NCBI GenBank assembly: GCA_002245135.1
Contig: NGBS01001162.1
Location: 310,001 to 350,087 of the forward strand
Origin: Proteromonas lacertae
Lineage: Eukaryota
Length of the DNA stretch: 40,087 bases
Direction: 5' to 3'
The position numbers and the translations under genes were made by a program. The notes beneath the pieces were generated by a model. That model searched no databases, had not been told where the DNA came from, and worked only from the letters and a program-made list of their open reading frames with translations. Shown piece after piece: positions 1 through 11,062 of this stretch. The first letter of the stretch is position 1, and every line of letters begins with the position of its first letter.

Positions 1-12
1 AAATAATTATGC

Positions 13-166
13 CATCTTTTAGGGTCAAAGTAGCCTCTTGTGTGTTAATATGGTATAAAATGCCTTCGTATCTAATTTCAGCTTTGGATATGATTGAAAC
101 TTTGCTACCAATATAAGAAACCTGTGAATTGTCTTGTGGAGGTTGGGCTGCTGCAGTATCAGCCAT
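13..166 (-). CDS. LSM14: LSM14/Scd6-family protein, first exon (gene continues off the window's left edge)
   Basis: Manual translation from ATG at 166 gives [51 protein letters not shown], matching the Lsm14 N-terminal motif [20 protein letters not shown]. It is followed by a probable intron starting GCATAATT at 12. Confidence 0.9.
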
Positions 167-232
167 TTATTTTAAAATGAAGAAAATGATGTGTTAGATC
201 TGATTTAGTCGCATTTTACTTAAAATTGAATT

Positions 233-1616
233 ATGGATGATCTAACGTTTAGTTTTCAAGAAAATCAGAATAGGGCAAAATTAGAAGAGGTGTATAAACC
301 GATGGAGAAGCGTGAAGATCTACCAGAGAATAATGCCTATAATCTAAAACAAACAGTGAGATACAGACCTGGACAAGTATAAACAAATATTTGGTTTTTA
401 CAATTTTAATAGGCTCCACATTGGGTAAAAGATGAAGAAAGTAGTGATGAAGAAGAAACAGTAAAAAGAGAACCTTTAAAAATAATAGAATCATCTGTAT
501 GAATATATTTATTATTGTTATTTAAATAGGATGAACAGTTGATTTATAAAAATCAGACAAATCAAACTCAAACCAGACGAAGAGAAAGACACTATGAACC
601 AATCATATTAGATAACAAAGAAAACACAATTGAAAAAACAAATGAGTCAATAACAAATCAAGAAACAGAGGAATCAATTCTACAAAGAAGAATGAGAGTA
701 AGACAAAAACAACAGGAAGAAGAAGAGGAAGAAGAGGAAGAAGAAATGCCAATTCAAGAGGAGGAGGAGGAGGAAGAAGAAGAAGAGGAGGAAGAAATGG
801 AAGAAGATGAAGATGATGATGAATGAAGATGATGATGAAGAAGAAGAGGAAGTATGTTTAGCTAAACCAGTATATATTCCTAAAGAGTATAGAAATATAA
901 TCAAAGCCAAAGAAGAAAAAGAGAAACAATTGGAAGAATTAAAAGCCAAAAAACAATACGAAGATGAATTAAGAAAAGCTGAAGTACATACAGAAGTATT
1001 AAAATTATTAGAAAAAGAAGAAATTGATAAACAAATGAAGGATTTAGATAATGATGATGATAAACCAGATGATACAGATTATCCAGATGATCAAGCCGAA
1101 GAGTTTGAGTTATGGAAAGTAAGAGAATTAAAAAGAATACAATTATATTTACAACAGAAACAGCAATTATTAGATGAAAAGAAAGAAACTGAAAGAAGAA
1201 GTAAATTGACAGATGAACAGCGTAAAAAAGAAGATGAGGAGTTAATACGTAAAGGATTAAAGAAAGGCGAAACTGAGAAGAAACAATGGAGTTTTATGCA
1301 GAAATATTATCATAAAGGTGTATTTTACATGGATGAAGATTCTATTAAAGATAAAAATGATGTTAGAAATAAAGATTATTCAGAACCTACAGCTAGTGAT
1401 GCTCATATTACTGAAGCTACACCTGCAATTATGCAAAAGAGAGATTTTGGTAAGAAAAGTCAAACGAAATGGACTCATTTAACGAATGAAGATACTACTA
1501 ACTGGGAAAACCCTTGGTTTCAGAAAGATAAAGCTAGAAATAAGTATAATAACAAATTAGCTGGTTATAAAGGTGATTTGAATGATGCTGGTAGAAAGAG
1601 AAGAAAATTGAAATAA
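233..1616 (+). CDS. MFAP1: MFAP1/Spp381-family spliceosomal protein
   Basis: ATG at 233. Introns 377-412 (36 nt) and 497-529 (33 nt) join the exons in frame to ORF 539. Acidic tract, then LAKPVYI, FELWKVRELKRI, FMQKYYHKGVFY and KWTHLTNEDTT, all typical of MFAP1. One apparent extra base near 823 in a GAA/GAT repeat splits the ORF. Confidence 0.9.
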
Positions 1617-1697
1617 TAATGATGTTTGTATTAGTAATTATATAAAAAATATACAATAATAAAAGACAAAAAAATATAAAAATATATTTATTAATTT

Positions 1698-2252
1698 TTA
1701 AACATTGATATTGTTTTGAAGAAAAAATTGCCATAAAAATTTGGTTAAAGGTTCTATAACATAATCATAAAATCCCATAGCACCATAAAACTGCAATAAC
1801 CATAACAAAAATATAAATCTGACAATGTAAGGGAAAGGAAAACTATTGATATAATAATAACACGATTATACAGATCATCTACCCATGGTAATGTTTTTTC
1901 TATCAACAATAACAATGAAAACATTGCCCAAAACAACAAAAAGTTGATTCTATATCGCTTTTGATGGTGATGGCATTTGCATTACATATGAAAAAAATGG
2001 TAGTATTACAAACATCATATTGCTATATTTATTAATTAATGATATAATCATACCTTACTAATCTCTCTCCCAGAACAGTTACAAACATAAGATATATACA
2101 TAATCCAATTATAATGACGATAATTAGTGGATCTATTTTTAGTTTTGATGATACAATGCTTTATAAATTCTAATATTGTTAATTCTTTAAACTATACTAT
2201 ATTTGTTGAGTGTTATTGTATCAAAATCAAATCCAAGTGGCTTTAATAACAT
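1698..2252 (-). CDS. TB2/DP1/HVA22 (REEP/Yop1-like) membrane protein; 5' structure uncertain
   Basis: Splicing intron 1843-1871 gives FLLFWAMFSLLLLIEKTLPWVDDLFPFPYIVRFIFLLWLLQFYGAMGFYDYVIEPL, with stop at 1698-1700. This resembles the REEP pattern. Upstream exons need frame corrections near T-runs at about 1940-1997. Confidence 0.6.
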
Positions 2253-2346
2253 ACTAAAGAATACTTATATATCACTTATAGAGAAATGTGAGGAAATATT
2301 ATGTTTCAAAAATTATATTCGTTAGTAAATTACAAAAATTACAGAA

Positions 2347-3101
2347 ATGTATTTCATTAATTTTCTATTGTTCTATAGGTGTAATTTTATAGCTAAATCG
2401 GTACTTTGCATAGTTAACACTATAATTCTTGTATACTAAAATATTTTGAGTTGATAAATAGATTATTGGTGTTGCTTTGATTGGTTTAGGTATTGTGGGT
2501 ATTGTATATGCAGAAAAACTTGGTATAATTATATCTATTATGTTTAGGTGAAGGATTGTTACCACATGCTTTAATGTACAGTGTATTGGGAGTTGGAGGA
2601 ATAATACTTCTAATATCTATCCTTGGATATATAGCAATGTGTAGAACTGATAAAATTGGTTGTTGTACTTCTTGTTGTGGATATATGTACGGTTTCTTAC
2701 TATTTATAATGATTATTGCTGAATTATTATTCACATTGTCATTTTTATCATTAGTGGATAAGGTTAAGTTGAATGTCTCACCATTCACTGATATAAGAGA
2801 AGTATTTGATATTGGTATAAATACAACATATGACTTATGCTGTTTAAATGCAACTGAATTAGTTGACCAATGCACTTTCTTAGGAGATAATCCAAAATGT
2901 GATACAATTGACGAATTTAAAGATTTTGTATTGACTAAACTAGATCCTTATGTAATGCCAATATTCTATGTATTTCTTGGTATAATGATTGCTGAATTAT
3001 TATCTCTATTGAGCGGTTGTTGTTTAGCAAGTATGAAGAAATATCAAGAAATGCATCATCCTGATAGTTTTGCAGAACCATTATTAAAAACAGCTCCATA
3101 A
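2347..3101 (+). CDS. Tetraspanin-like 4-TM protein, paralog 1
   Basis: AT(2347-2348), intron 2349-2378, then G. Further introns at 2431-2461 and 2523-2547. Product MCNFIAKSVLCIVNTIILIIGVALIGLG... has four TMs, Glu in TM3/TM4, and CC plus further Cys in the large loop. Confidence 0.8.
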
Positions 3102-3136
3102 TCTTACATTGTTTTACATTATATTAATTTTTAAAA

Positions 3137-4387
3137 TTAAATTCTTGTTTTTGTATTGGGATATAAAGGAAATTTTACATGTGAAGGTTTTTCTATGTTC
3201 AAATACTTTCTAACTTTATCAACATTCTCTTGAATATTGTCAATTCGATAATCATTACTATCGTTGTATGTCCATTTCGAATTACACGGAACTAGTTCAT
3301 ATTTAACTACTCTTCTTGTATGTCTAACATATCCAACATTCTCATTAACTACAACCTCTCTAGCTCCTTCAATAACTTCTTGAAAATTATGAATCTCTAT
3401 TTCAACTATTGATGATAAATTTACAACCCAATTCTTAGCTATATAACCAAATTTCAAATTACAATATTCTTTTGCATCAAATATATCTATATCTTTAATA
3501 TTATAATCATAGGAATCTGATTTTTTATAAACATTTTCGTGATATATTCTATTGATAAATATGTAATAATCTCCTTTCTCTTTTGTCTTTTCAATAATTG
3601 ATGTTAATTTATTACTTTCATTTGGCCATATAATCTCATCCATATCTGTATAAATTAGAGATTTTGATAATTTCATATGATAATACAAACAATCATTATT
3701 CTTAAATATTTGTCCCATATAAAAATGATATAATCTTGTCATTTCAAATTCTTTATTCCACATAATTACATCCATTATATCCAAATCAATATAATAATTT
3801 ATAACTTTAATAATTTCTGGAGTTGCTGATGTATAATATAATGTGAAATGATCAACACCAAAATATCGATATGTTTCAATCGTTTGAATAAATCTATTCA
3901 CAGCTACATAATCATGTAATACACTTATACACACTGTAATGTCATATTTTGGTGGTCCAGTGTAATACTTTGGTATGTTTATAGTTGCATTGTTTAGAAT
4001 AACTGTGTTTGGAAGGATGTTTGATGATAATTTGATTAGAATATGAACTTGAGGTTGGGTATTTATTATATACGATCTCACTGTTGGTATGCAATTAATA
4101 ATATTATAATCATCATAAATAAGCTTACAAGGTATTTTAGGAAGTGTTTCATTTTCATAAACACTAATTAATCTCAATGCTTTGAATCTTTCATCATAAT
4201 AAATACTAATTACATATGAATTTGGAAGGAATTCAATTAAATTTAACTTTCTGTATTTTTTTATCAAAACATTACTTAAATTACTATTCTTTGAATCATT
4301 GTTACTTTCTATTTCATTATTGTAATTTAATAGAGCTATAATTGCAATAGATGATATAAGTAATATAAATAATAAGTAAATATACAT
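3137..4387 (-). CDS. Glycosyltransferase family 92 / DUF23, type II membrane protein
   Basis: Likely ATG at 4387 (MYIYLLFILL, signal anchor). Motifs ITVCIS, FGVDHFTLY, GQIFKNNDCLY, DMDE and GYVRHTR. Confidence 0.8.
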   Translation of the reverse strand: MYIYLLFILLISSIAIIALLNYNNEIESNNDSKNSNLSNVLIKKYRKLNLIEFLPNSYVISIYYDERFKALRLISVYENETLPKIPCKLIYDDYNIINCIPTVRSYIINTQPQVHILIKLSSNILPNTVILNNATINIPKYYTGPPKYDITVCISVLHDYVAVNRFIQTIETYRYFGVDHFTLYYTSATPEIIKVINYYIDLDIMDVIMWNKEFEMTRLYHFYMGQIFKNNDCLYYHMKLSKSLIYTDMDEIIWPNESNKLTSIIEKTKEKGDYYIFINRIYHENVYKKSDSYDYNIKDIDIFDAKEYCNLKFGYIAKNWVVNLSSIVEIEIHNFQEVIEGAREVVVNENVGYVRHTRRVVKYELVPCNSKWTYNDSNDYRIDNIQENVDKVRKYLNIEKPSHVKFPLYPNTKTRI

Positions 4388-4431
4388 TATTTTTGAATTA
4401 ATAAAATAGAGTCGTTTCAGTTTATATAAAA

Positions 4432-5096
4432 ATGTCATTTGTGAGGAAGGTAGTTTGATGATTCTATGGATATATGGAATCAATGCTTAAACCATCCATT
4501 TTTACAAGAATTAGCAAGAGGAATATTATCAGAAGAGAAAATGAGAGTGTATATGATTCAAGATAGCTTGTATCTTCGTGAATACGCTAGAACGTTTGCA
4601 GCAGCCATTTATCATTCCACATACAATTCGTGATATTCAGTTTTATTACATGTTACTTGGTTTTGTCACTGAAGGAGAGAGTGTAACAAGATTAAACTAT
4701 CTGAAAAAGTCTGGTTTAACTGATGATGACATTGATAAAATGTCACCATTACCAGAAAACAAAGCATATACAGATCATCTACTTAAATATGCTGATAAAG
4801 GCGAAATTCCAGAAATATTAATGGCTGTTTTGCCATGTACATTTAGTTATGTTTATATATTCCGTAAGCTTGTTGAAACTATTCCTGATATTGAAAAATC
4901 AAAATACATTGATGTTATTCATGATTATTCAAATGATATTTATGTTAAAGTTTGTGAAGATTTTGGTAAATTTACTGAAGAAAAGTGTAAAGACTTACCA
5001 GAAGAAAGAAAGGTAGAATTATTGAAAATCTTTAGAGAATCAAGTGAACATGAGTTAAAGTTTTGGGGAATGTCATATTCGTGTAAAATGGATTAA
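4432..5096 (+). CDS. tenA: Thiaminase II / aminopyrimidine aminohydrolase TenA, bacterial type, intronless, two apparent frameshifts
   Basis: Correcting extra bases near 4455 and 4621 gives MSFVRKVVDDSMDIWNQCLNHPFLQELARGILSEEKMRVYMIQDSLYLREYARTFA...AVLPCTFSY...EHELKFWGM, containing the HPF, YMIQD, catalytic LPC and ExxFW motifs. Confidence 0.88.
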
Positions 5097-5154
5097 TTAA
5101 CAATCAAAAACAACAATCAAATGTATAATATAGTATTAATTGAAGATAATAATA

Positions 5155-8098
5155 CTATATTGTCATTGTTTGAGAAGGTAAAAGATACTCTTCTTTGTTG
5201 AGTGGTTTATTTCCTCTATTATTCTTTATTTCTCTACAGATCAATACAACAACAACTATTACTAAAACTACACATACTACTGTCACAATTGTAATAATTA
5301 ATAATTGATTCTTATCACTATTCTTATCATTATTTACTATTATATCATTTTTGCTTATAACTTCATAACTTTGATTTTCTTCATTAAATGACAATTCATT
5401 TCCAAATACAGTTGATTTAAATGGAGTAAATTTAAATGATAATTCAACTTCTTCATATACAATATGATATCTTTCTGTGTTATTAATTGGTATTAATATT
5501 TCACCTTTTTCTTGTTTTACAGGCATAGTCAGAATAAGTCCAAGAATAAACAGGTCTAATATTCAAAATATCAATATCATTATTAAATGTAAATGAATAG
5601 ACTTGGCCATATCCACCAGTATTATTATTGATTTCACGATAAGATATTAATACACTAATATCATTCAAACCATTAAAACAACTCAAATCTTTGGTATAAT
5701 TACCATTATCAGTTTCTATTTTTACCTCTAGACCAGATGGAATACTTCCACTAATATCAATATAAAAGTAATCATTCATATCCATAAATAAGATTGGATA
5801 TATGAATAATTCATTGGTTTTGAAATGACGTGTTTGTATTAAACCAGATTGAGTTTTACAACCAGTTGGAATAACTGCTGGACGAACTTTAAATATAAAA
5901 TTATTATCACTGTTAGTTCCAATAAATTCATAAGCAATTCTTTTATCAATATTATCATTTTGATATAAGTAGAAATGTTCTCCAGTGGTTGTTTCTTTAT
6001 CTTTATTTCTGCCCAATAAATACACTTCACTAAACCCTTGTATTTTTAAATCATCTAATGATGTTACAATTCTCCCTTCTTCTACTTTCACAGAGATAAC
6101 AGTATTATATAAATCACTAATAATAAAATCACTCAAATCATCATCAAGCTTCAATTCATCCGCAAACAATATATTACCATTTAATAATTTCGTTTCAGAT
6201 CCTTCATCATCAATTATTGATAATACAGCCTTTTGATAATATACAAAATAAAATTTTGGTTTCTTTGCTTTCTTTAATCTAACATTCGTTGATCCAATAT
6301 TATTATTATCATCACCATATCTTATAGTATAATAATTACCATCATCATTATTATTCATAATACCAAATGTACCAAATCTATAATGATCCATTACTTCATT
6401 ATCATCTAAGTTATATATTCTTGGAGTATTTATATCTCTTAATCCATTAGATAACATATAACTCCATGAGAAATCTACCAATCTTTCACATGCAATATGA
6501 TTCGTTTCTCTTTCTACAGTTTTCATACAGTTATATACATTTGGTGAGAATATTATTGTTGGATTTGGTGGAGGATTATTTACAACTTTATGTGGTACAT
6601 TTGGATAATATTCAATCTCTACTTCAATATAAGGTAATTCACTATATGCTTTTATTGTTTCATCATTTATTGAATCTTCATTCACTTCAATATTAACAGG
6701 AGGATGCCATTTAGTCATACGAATAGAATAAGTACCAACATCTTGTTCTTTAGGATAAAAAGTAACACCTAATGGTAAGGAAGTACTCAAGATAGAAGTG
6801 ATATTCTCAAAATTAGCATCAAATAAAACAGGACATTTCCAGTGATCATATCGAAAATCAAAATCTGGATCACTTTTCTTTACATCACCAGGTGTAAATC
6901 TTACACCTTTATTTCTCCAATCTCTTTGACCATTCATATTCCATCGAAACTCTAAGGCTAAACTACCAGAAACAAATGTTGGATCATCCATCTTCGTATA
7001 GATTGATTCTTTTGACATTGGAATTCTTACACTCATTCCATTATGATCAAATGGAATATCATCTAATACTTCATTACTTGGATGATTCTTTAATAAAAAT
7101 TGTTTACAATATGGAAAATCCCAAGCAAATATTCGATATTTCTCTTTACTACCAGACTTTGGTGTTAGAAAAAAATATGGTTCAATTCCATTTATAGTCA
7201 ACATATTTATATAATGAGTGATTCCTGGTATACCCCACCATGATATTTTATTACCCATTATATTAGCACTATCTAATAAATCACATTCAAAGACAAATTT
7301 ATTAACTAAACCAGTTTCACTATTCTTCTTGAAATTAGCATGTCCAAATGCTACATTATGATATAATTCATGAATTGTTGTTAATACTTGAGCACTATTA
7401 GGATCCATTGCATAGTTATACCATTTTATCAATGCCCAATATTTAGTAACATGTTGTACATACCAATCAACATGACCAGATGTAGCCTGTCCTTTAACAG
7501 CTGGATATGCAGTTGAATCATCAGTAAAAAATACTCTTGAATTAAAACTATCTCTATCACATATTCCATCCAATTTACATGCTTGATCAATTATATAATT
7601 ACGAAACTCTGTTGCACTTCCAGTATCATAATTAGCATCTAAACATTGAGAGGATATGTAATTATCTTTAAATGATACACGAGCTCGATTGGCAGTTAAT
7701 AATTTCACACTCAAATCGAAATATTTTATTGCGTTATTCACTTCAGCTACACTTATACAATCATCTTTGTCATTTCGTTTTCTTGCTCGCATAATAGCAA
7801 ATTTAATTTCTTGTCCAAAGAGAGGAGAATAAGGCTGAGATTGTAGTTGTCTGCTTTCTATCTCTAATGGAACATATGTCAACATTTCTACTCTATATGG
7901 TTCATATAATTTATATGAGACAATAGCATCACCAGATTTCAGTTTAAAGTCATTACTGTTGATAATTTCGTAATCAAACAACGATCCATTAGACAGCGAA
8001 AATGTCCCTCTATTTTCACTCATAATAAACACTGTTTCATTCCAGTGTATTTCTGTACACGAAACAAATGATAAAAACACCAGAAATAAACAAAACAT
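5155..8098 (-). CDS. Large type I membrane zinc metallopeptidase-like surface protein
   Basis: Signal peptide MFCLFLVFLSFVSC from ATG 8098 and metzincin-like HELYHNVAFGH. ORFs 5501-8113 and 5155-5526 overlap and probably form one gene broken by a frameshift near 5510-5525. C-terminal TM followed by a short tail. Confidence 0.65.
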
Positions 8099-8244
8099 TC
8101 TAATAAAAACCAACTGTATTTGTATTTCTGTATTTTTGTATTTTTTCTTTTATGGAATTATTACAATCAAATCTCAATAAACAACATATATTACTTATTC
8201 TGAATATATAAATTATGTATATTTATATATAAAAAATATATAAA

Positions 8245-8998
8245 CTAAACTGGTGGTTGAACATTACCTTTTGTTTCAGGTGACACTTGCTGAGTTTGCT
8301 TCTTGTTACATGACATAACACATGTAATAATTACACCTAATATTTCTATAACTGCAAACACTATTAAAAGTATAGCTAATGGATTGAATAATGATTCTAT
8401 TTTATCTGTACAATCATCAAAGTAAATATCATAGCTTGTACAGTTTGAATCTTTAAAGAAATCACATGAATAGGATGAAGAATCGGTTGGTTCACCCAAA
8501 TCACAACATTCTTTAAATGATTCATCCACGCCATGAACATATTGTTCATAAATATCATTAAATGGCCATGAGGTTGTTTCATATTTTCCAATGACATTCA
8601 TAAATCCCAATGCAATAATAATTTCGAGTATAAGAACAATAACAACAAATATTGAATAACTATTTGAATAAATACTTATTATAATTATACATGATAGTGT
8701 CCCAATTTAAGCAACATGTTTTTGCTTTACTGCTAGATGAAGCAATACAACCAAACGTAGCAACTAAGATTAACACTATACCAGCAATTAATAGAATTAT
8801 TCCCAATGACATTGGCGCTATACTCGCCTTTTGAATATAATAAATCAAAATAGCAGCAAGTACTACCACCGCTATACCAACAATCTAGTTTTATTATAAT
8901 ATAAAACTATATATACGCATATGACGAAGTTAACTATCCATAGTAAAGTCTTTAGTAAACACTTACACCTATTACATGAGAGAGGTAAAGAAATACAT
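8245..8998 (-). CDS. Tetraspanin-like 4-TM protein, paralog 2
   Basis: AT(8998-8997), intron 8969-8996, then G. Further introns at 8885-8916 and 8660-8690. Product MCKCLLKTLLWIVNFVICIVGIAVVVLAA...ECC... Confidence 0.8.
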
Positions 8999-9177
8999 TT
9001 TTTTAACCGTTTTTTAATAATTGTTTTGATTTTTCACTCTCTTTTTCTGTCCAACGTGAAAATAGTATGTTGCAATTTGTCTAAACAATATTTAAACACA
9101 AAAACTATATGTAAACATTATTAACATTATATATTTAGAAATTGTCAAGTAAATACAAACATTTATATTAAATTAAC

Positions 9178-9977
9178 TCACAAACAACTGACATTAGAAT
9201 CCTTTTCAGCTTTTACACAACATGTTAAAATTAATATGATTACCTATATAATATGAGTGAATATTAAGATATACTTCAATTGCCATAACAGCAATAATAA
9301 TACCAAATATACTATCTGTATATGAACTCATTTCTTGGATTATATTTTCTTTCAATTGTTCTGGAGTTTTAAATCCTTCACAAAGTGTTGGGAAGAAATC
9401 ACAAGAAGAAATACCAGTTTTATTAACACAACATTTATTAAATGTTGAAGTAACACCTTTGCTAAATGTTTCTTTAATTCCAGCCATAGGCCATGCTATT
9501 AAGAATGAATTAGAGAATAATCTGTGTTATACCATTAATATCTACTTTATCCATTAATTGCATCACACATAATAGAGCTAATACTTCAGCTGCTAATGCT
9601 ATTACAATTGCTGCTGAATAACTATAAGTAATTAGCTAAATTACAAAATACATAGATAAAAACATGCATCTCGTATATTTACAACATTTATAAGAGCAAC
9701 TACCAAGTGCTCCAAATAAGAATATAATTATCCCAATAGCAACTACACAATCACCAAGAGATTTGTTAACTAAATCTTGTCCTAGTCATAATATAATGCG
9801 TACTTGTATACCAATATTATCAGCACACCAAATTAGAAGAATACCCAAAGCAGAAATAACAATCCCAATTAACTAGTTTGTGAAGAATGAAAGATACTGT
9901 GAGGATTGAATTGACTATTGTAAGAGCACACTGTAAAACACAACAAATCCTACGAGTTATGAATGGAAGCAATACAT
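9178..9977 (-). CDS. Tetraspanin-like 4-TM protein, paralog 3
   Basis: AT(9977-9976), intron 9950-9975, then G. Introns 9873-9897, 9782-9811, 9622-9651, 9496-9532 and 9244-9274 give a continuous frame MICCVLQCALTIVNSILTLIGIVISALG...KCC..., ending at TGA 9178-9180. Confidence 0.8.
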
Positions 9978-10088
9978 TATTTATCACTTTCTTTTTTGTA
10001 TATCCGTTATACTATTCTTTGAACAAATGTTAGAAGTTTGTTCAAATTACCCATAAAAAAAAGTTAAACGAACTACTTATTGTATTTA

Positions 10089-10967
10089 TTAAAATTTAAG
10101 TGCATGATACAACTTATTTCTATTTATAGAATTATTTTGTATCTTAATCCACTCATCTAAAGTTATCCGATCAAAAACACTACACTTATTACTTATATCT
10201 TCTTTATCAATAACTTTAATAGATAAACCATTTATTGTAGCACATTCTATAAGTGTAGCTTCACTAAAAGTATGTCTTTTATGTTTTATATTCTCTGTAA
10301 CAAAACTAATTAATCTATTTGATATTCTTGCTATATTTATTTGACCAACTAGTCTTTTACCTCCTAGTTTTGCTTCTTTCCATTTTGTATATTGCGGAGT
10401 TGAACAATCTATCCACATCCACGTTTCATTTGAAAAATGCTCTGAATAAGGTTGAGTTATAAAATCATTGTCAAATTTATCATATTTTCTAAAAAAGTCA
10501 AAAAAATTCCCATTATATCCTAAGTCTTGTTCAACTAACCATAAATATTCGAAGTCAATATCTAATTTATTTATCCCTAAAAGTACATGTTCTATACTAG
10601 ATGTCCACATATAGTATCCAGGCCATTTATCTGTACAAAGTCCTGTCATTGCTTTTAATTGCGGTAATTCTTGCATAAACTGATTTTGAGTTACACATAA
10701 TATTGAAATGGTTGTTATATTGTTCTTTAAATCACAATTATCCGTAATGATAACAACATAGTAACTGGGTGTTTTTTCATTATTCCATTCTTTGTATCTT
10801 TGAATTTGGTGGTATGTAGGAGAAGATGCATGCATAACTACTACTGATTTATAAATGACTTTTAAATTCTGTGTTTTTTGTAGTGAGGATAAGAATAAAT
10901 TGTGATTTAAGTATACTAAACATACTAAAAACATCATAAATATCCCTAAAAAAAAGTAAAATTGCAT
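10089..10967 (-). CDS. Type II membrane putative glycosyltransferase (DUF3405-like)
   Basis: Signal anchor from ATG 10967, YLWLVEQDLGYNG and C-terminal NKLYHALKF resemble the W..EyD...G / LYHPvK pattern. Family assignment is from memory only. Confidence 0.5.
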   Translation of the reverse strand: MQFYFFLGIFMMFLVCLVYLNHNLFLSSLQKTQNLKVIYKSVVVMHASSPTYHQIQRYKEWNNEKTPSYYVVIITDNCDLKNNITTISILCVTQNQFMQELPQLKAMTGLCTDKWPGYYMWTSSIEHVLLGINKLDIDFEYLWLVEQDLGYNGNFFDFFRKYDKFDNDFITQPYSEHFSNETWMWIDCSTPQYTKWKEAKLGGKRLVGQINIARISNRLISFVTENIKHKRHTFSEATLIECATINGLSIKVIDKEDISNKCSVFDRITLDEWIKIQNNSINRNKLYHALKF

Positions 10968-11062
10968 TTTCAATACTAAACAACAAACGCTAATCAAACT
11001 TTGATTATCATTAGAAACGAGTATATTTTTGAATTAAAAAGATTTGAAAATTGTTTTTAATC

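Noticed and set aside
815..830. Programmed frameshifting or pseudogenisation of MFAP1 (also TenA, the REEP-like gene and the peptidase)
   Set aside because: These are isolated 1-bp shifts, several in low-complexity or homopolymer runs. The right arm shows the same indel type, so assembly error is the simpler explanation.
249..8597. Small antisense or alternative-frame ORFs (e.g. 249-494, 680-949, 2486-2875, 5985-6236, 6466-6696, 6976-7197, 8397-8597)
   Set aside because: They are shadows of well-supported genes and have no motifs.
9178..9200. Polyadenylation-generated stop codon in tetraspanin 3
   Set aside because: TGTTTGTG overlaps the end, but an encoded TGA exists and cleavage 4-5 nt upstream of the motif would not create an in-frame TAA.
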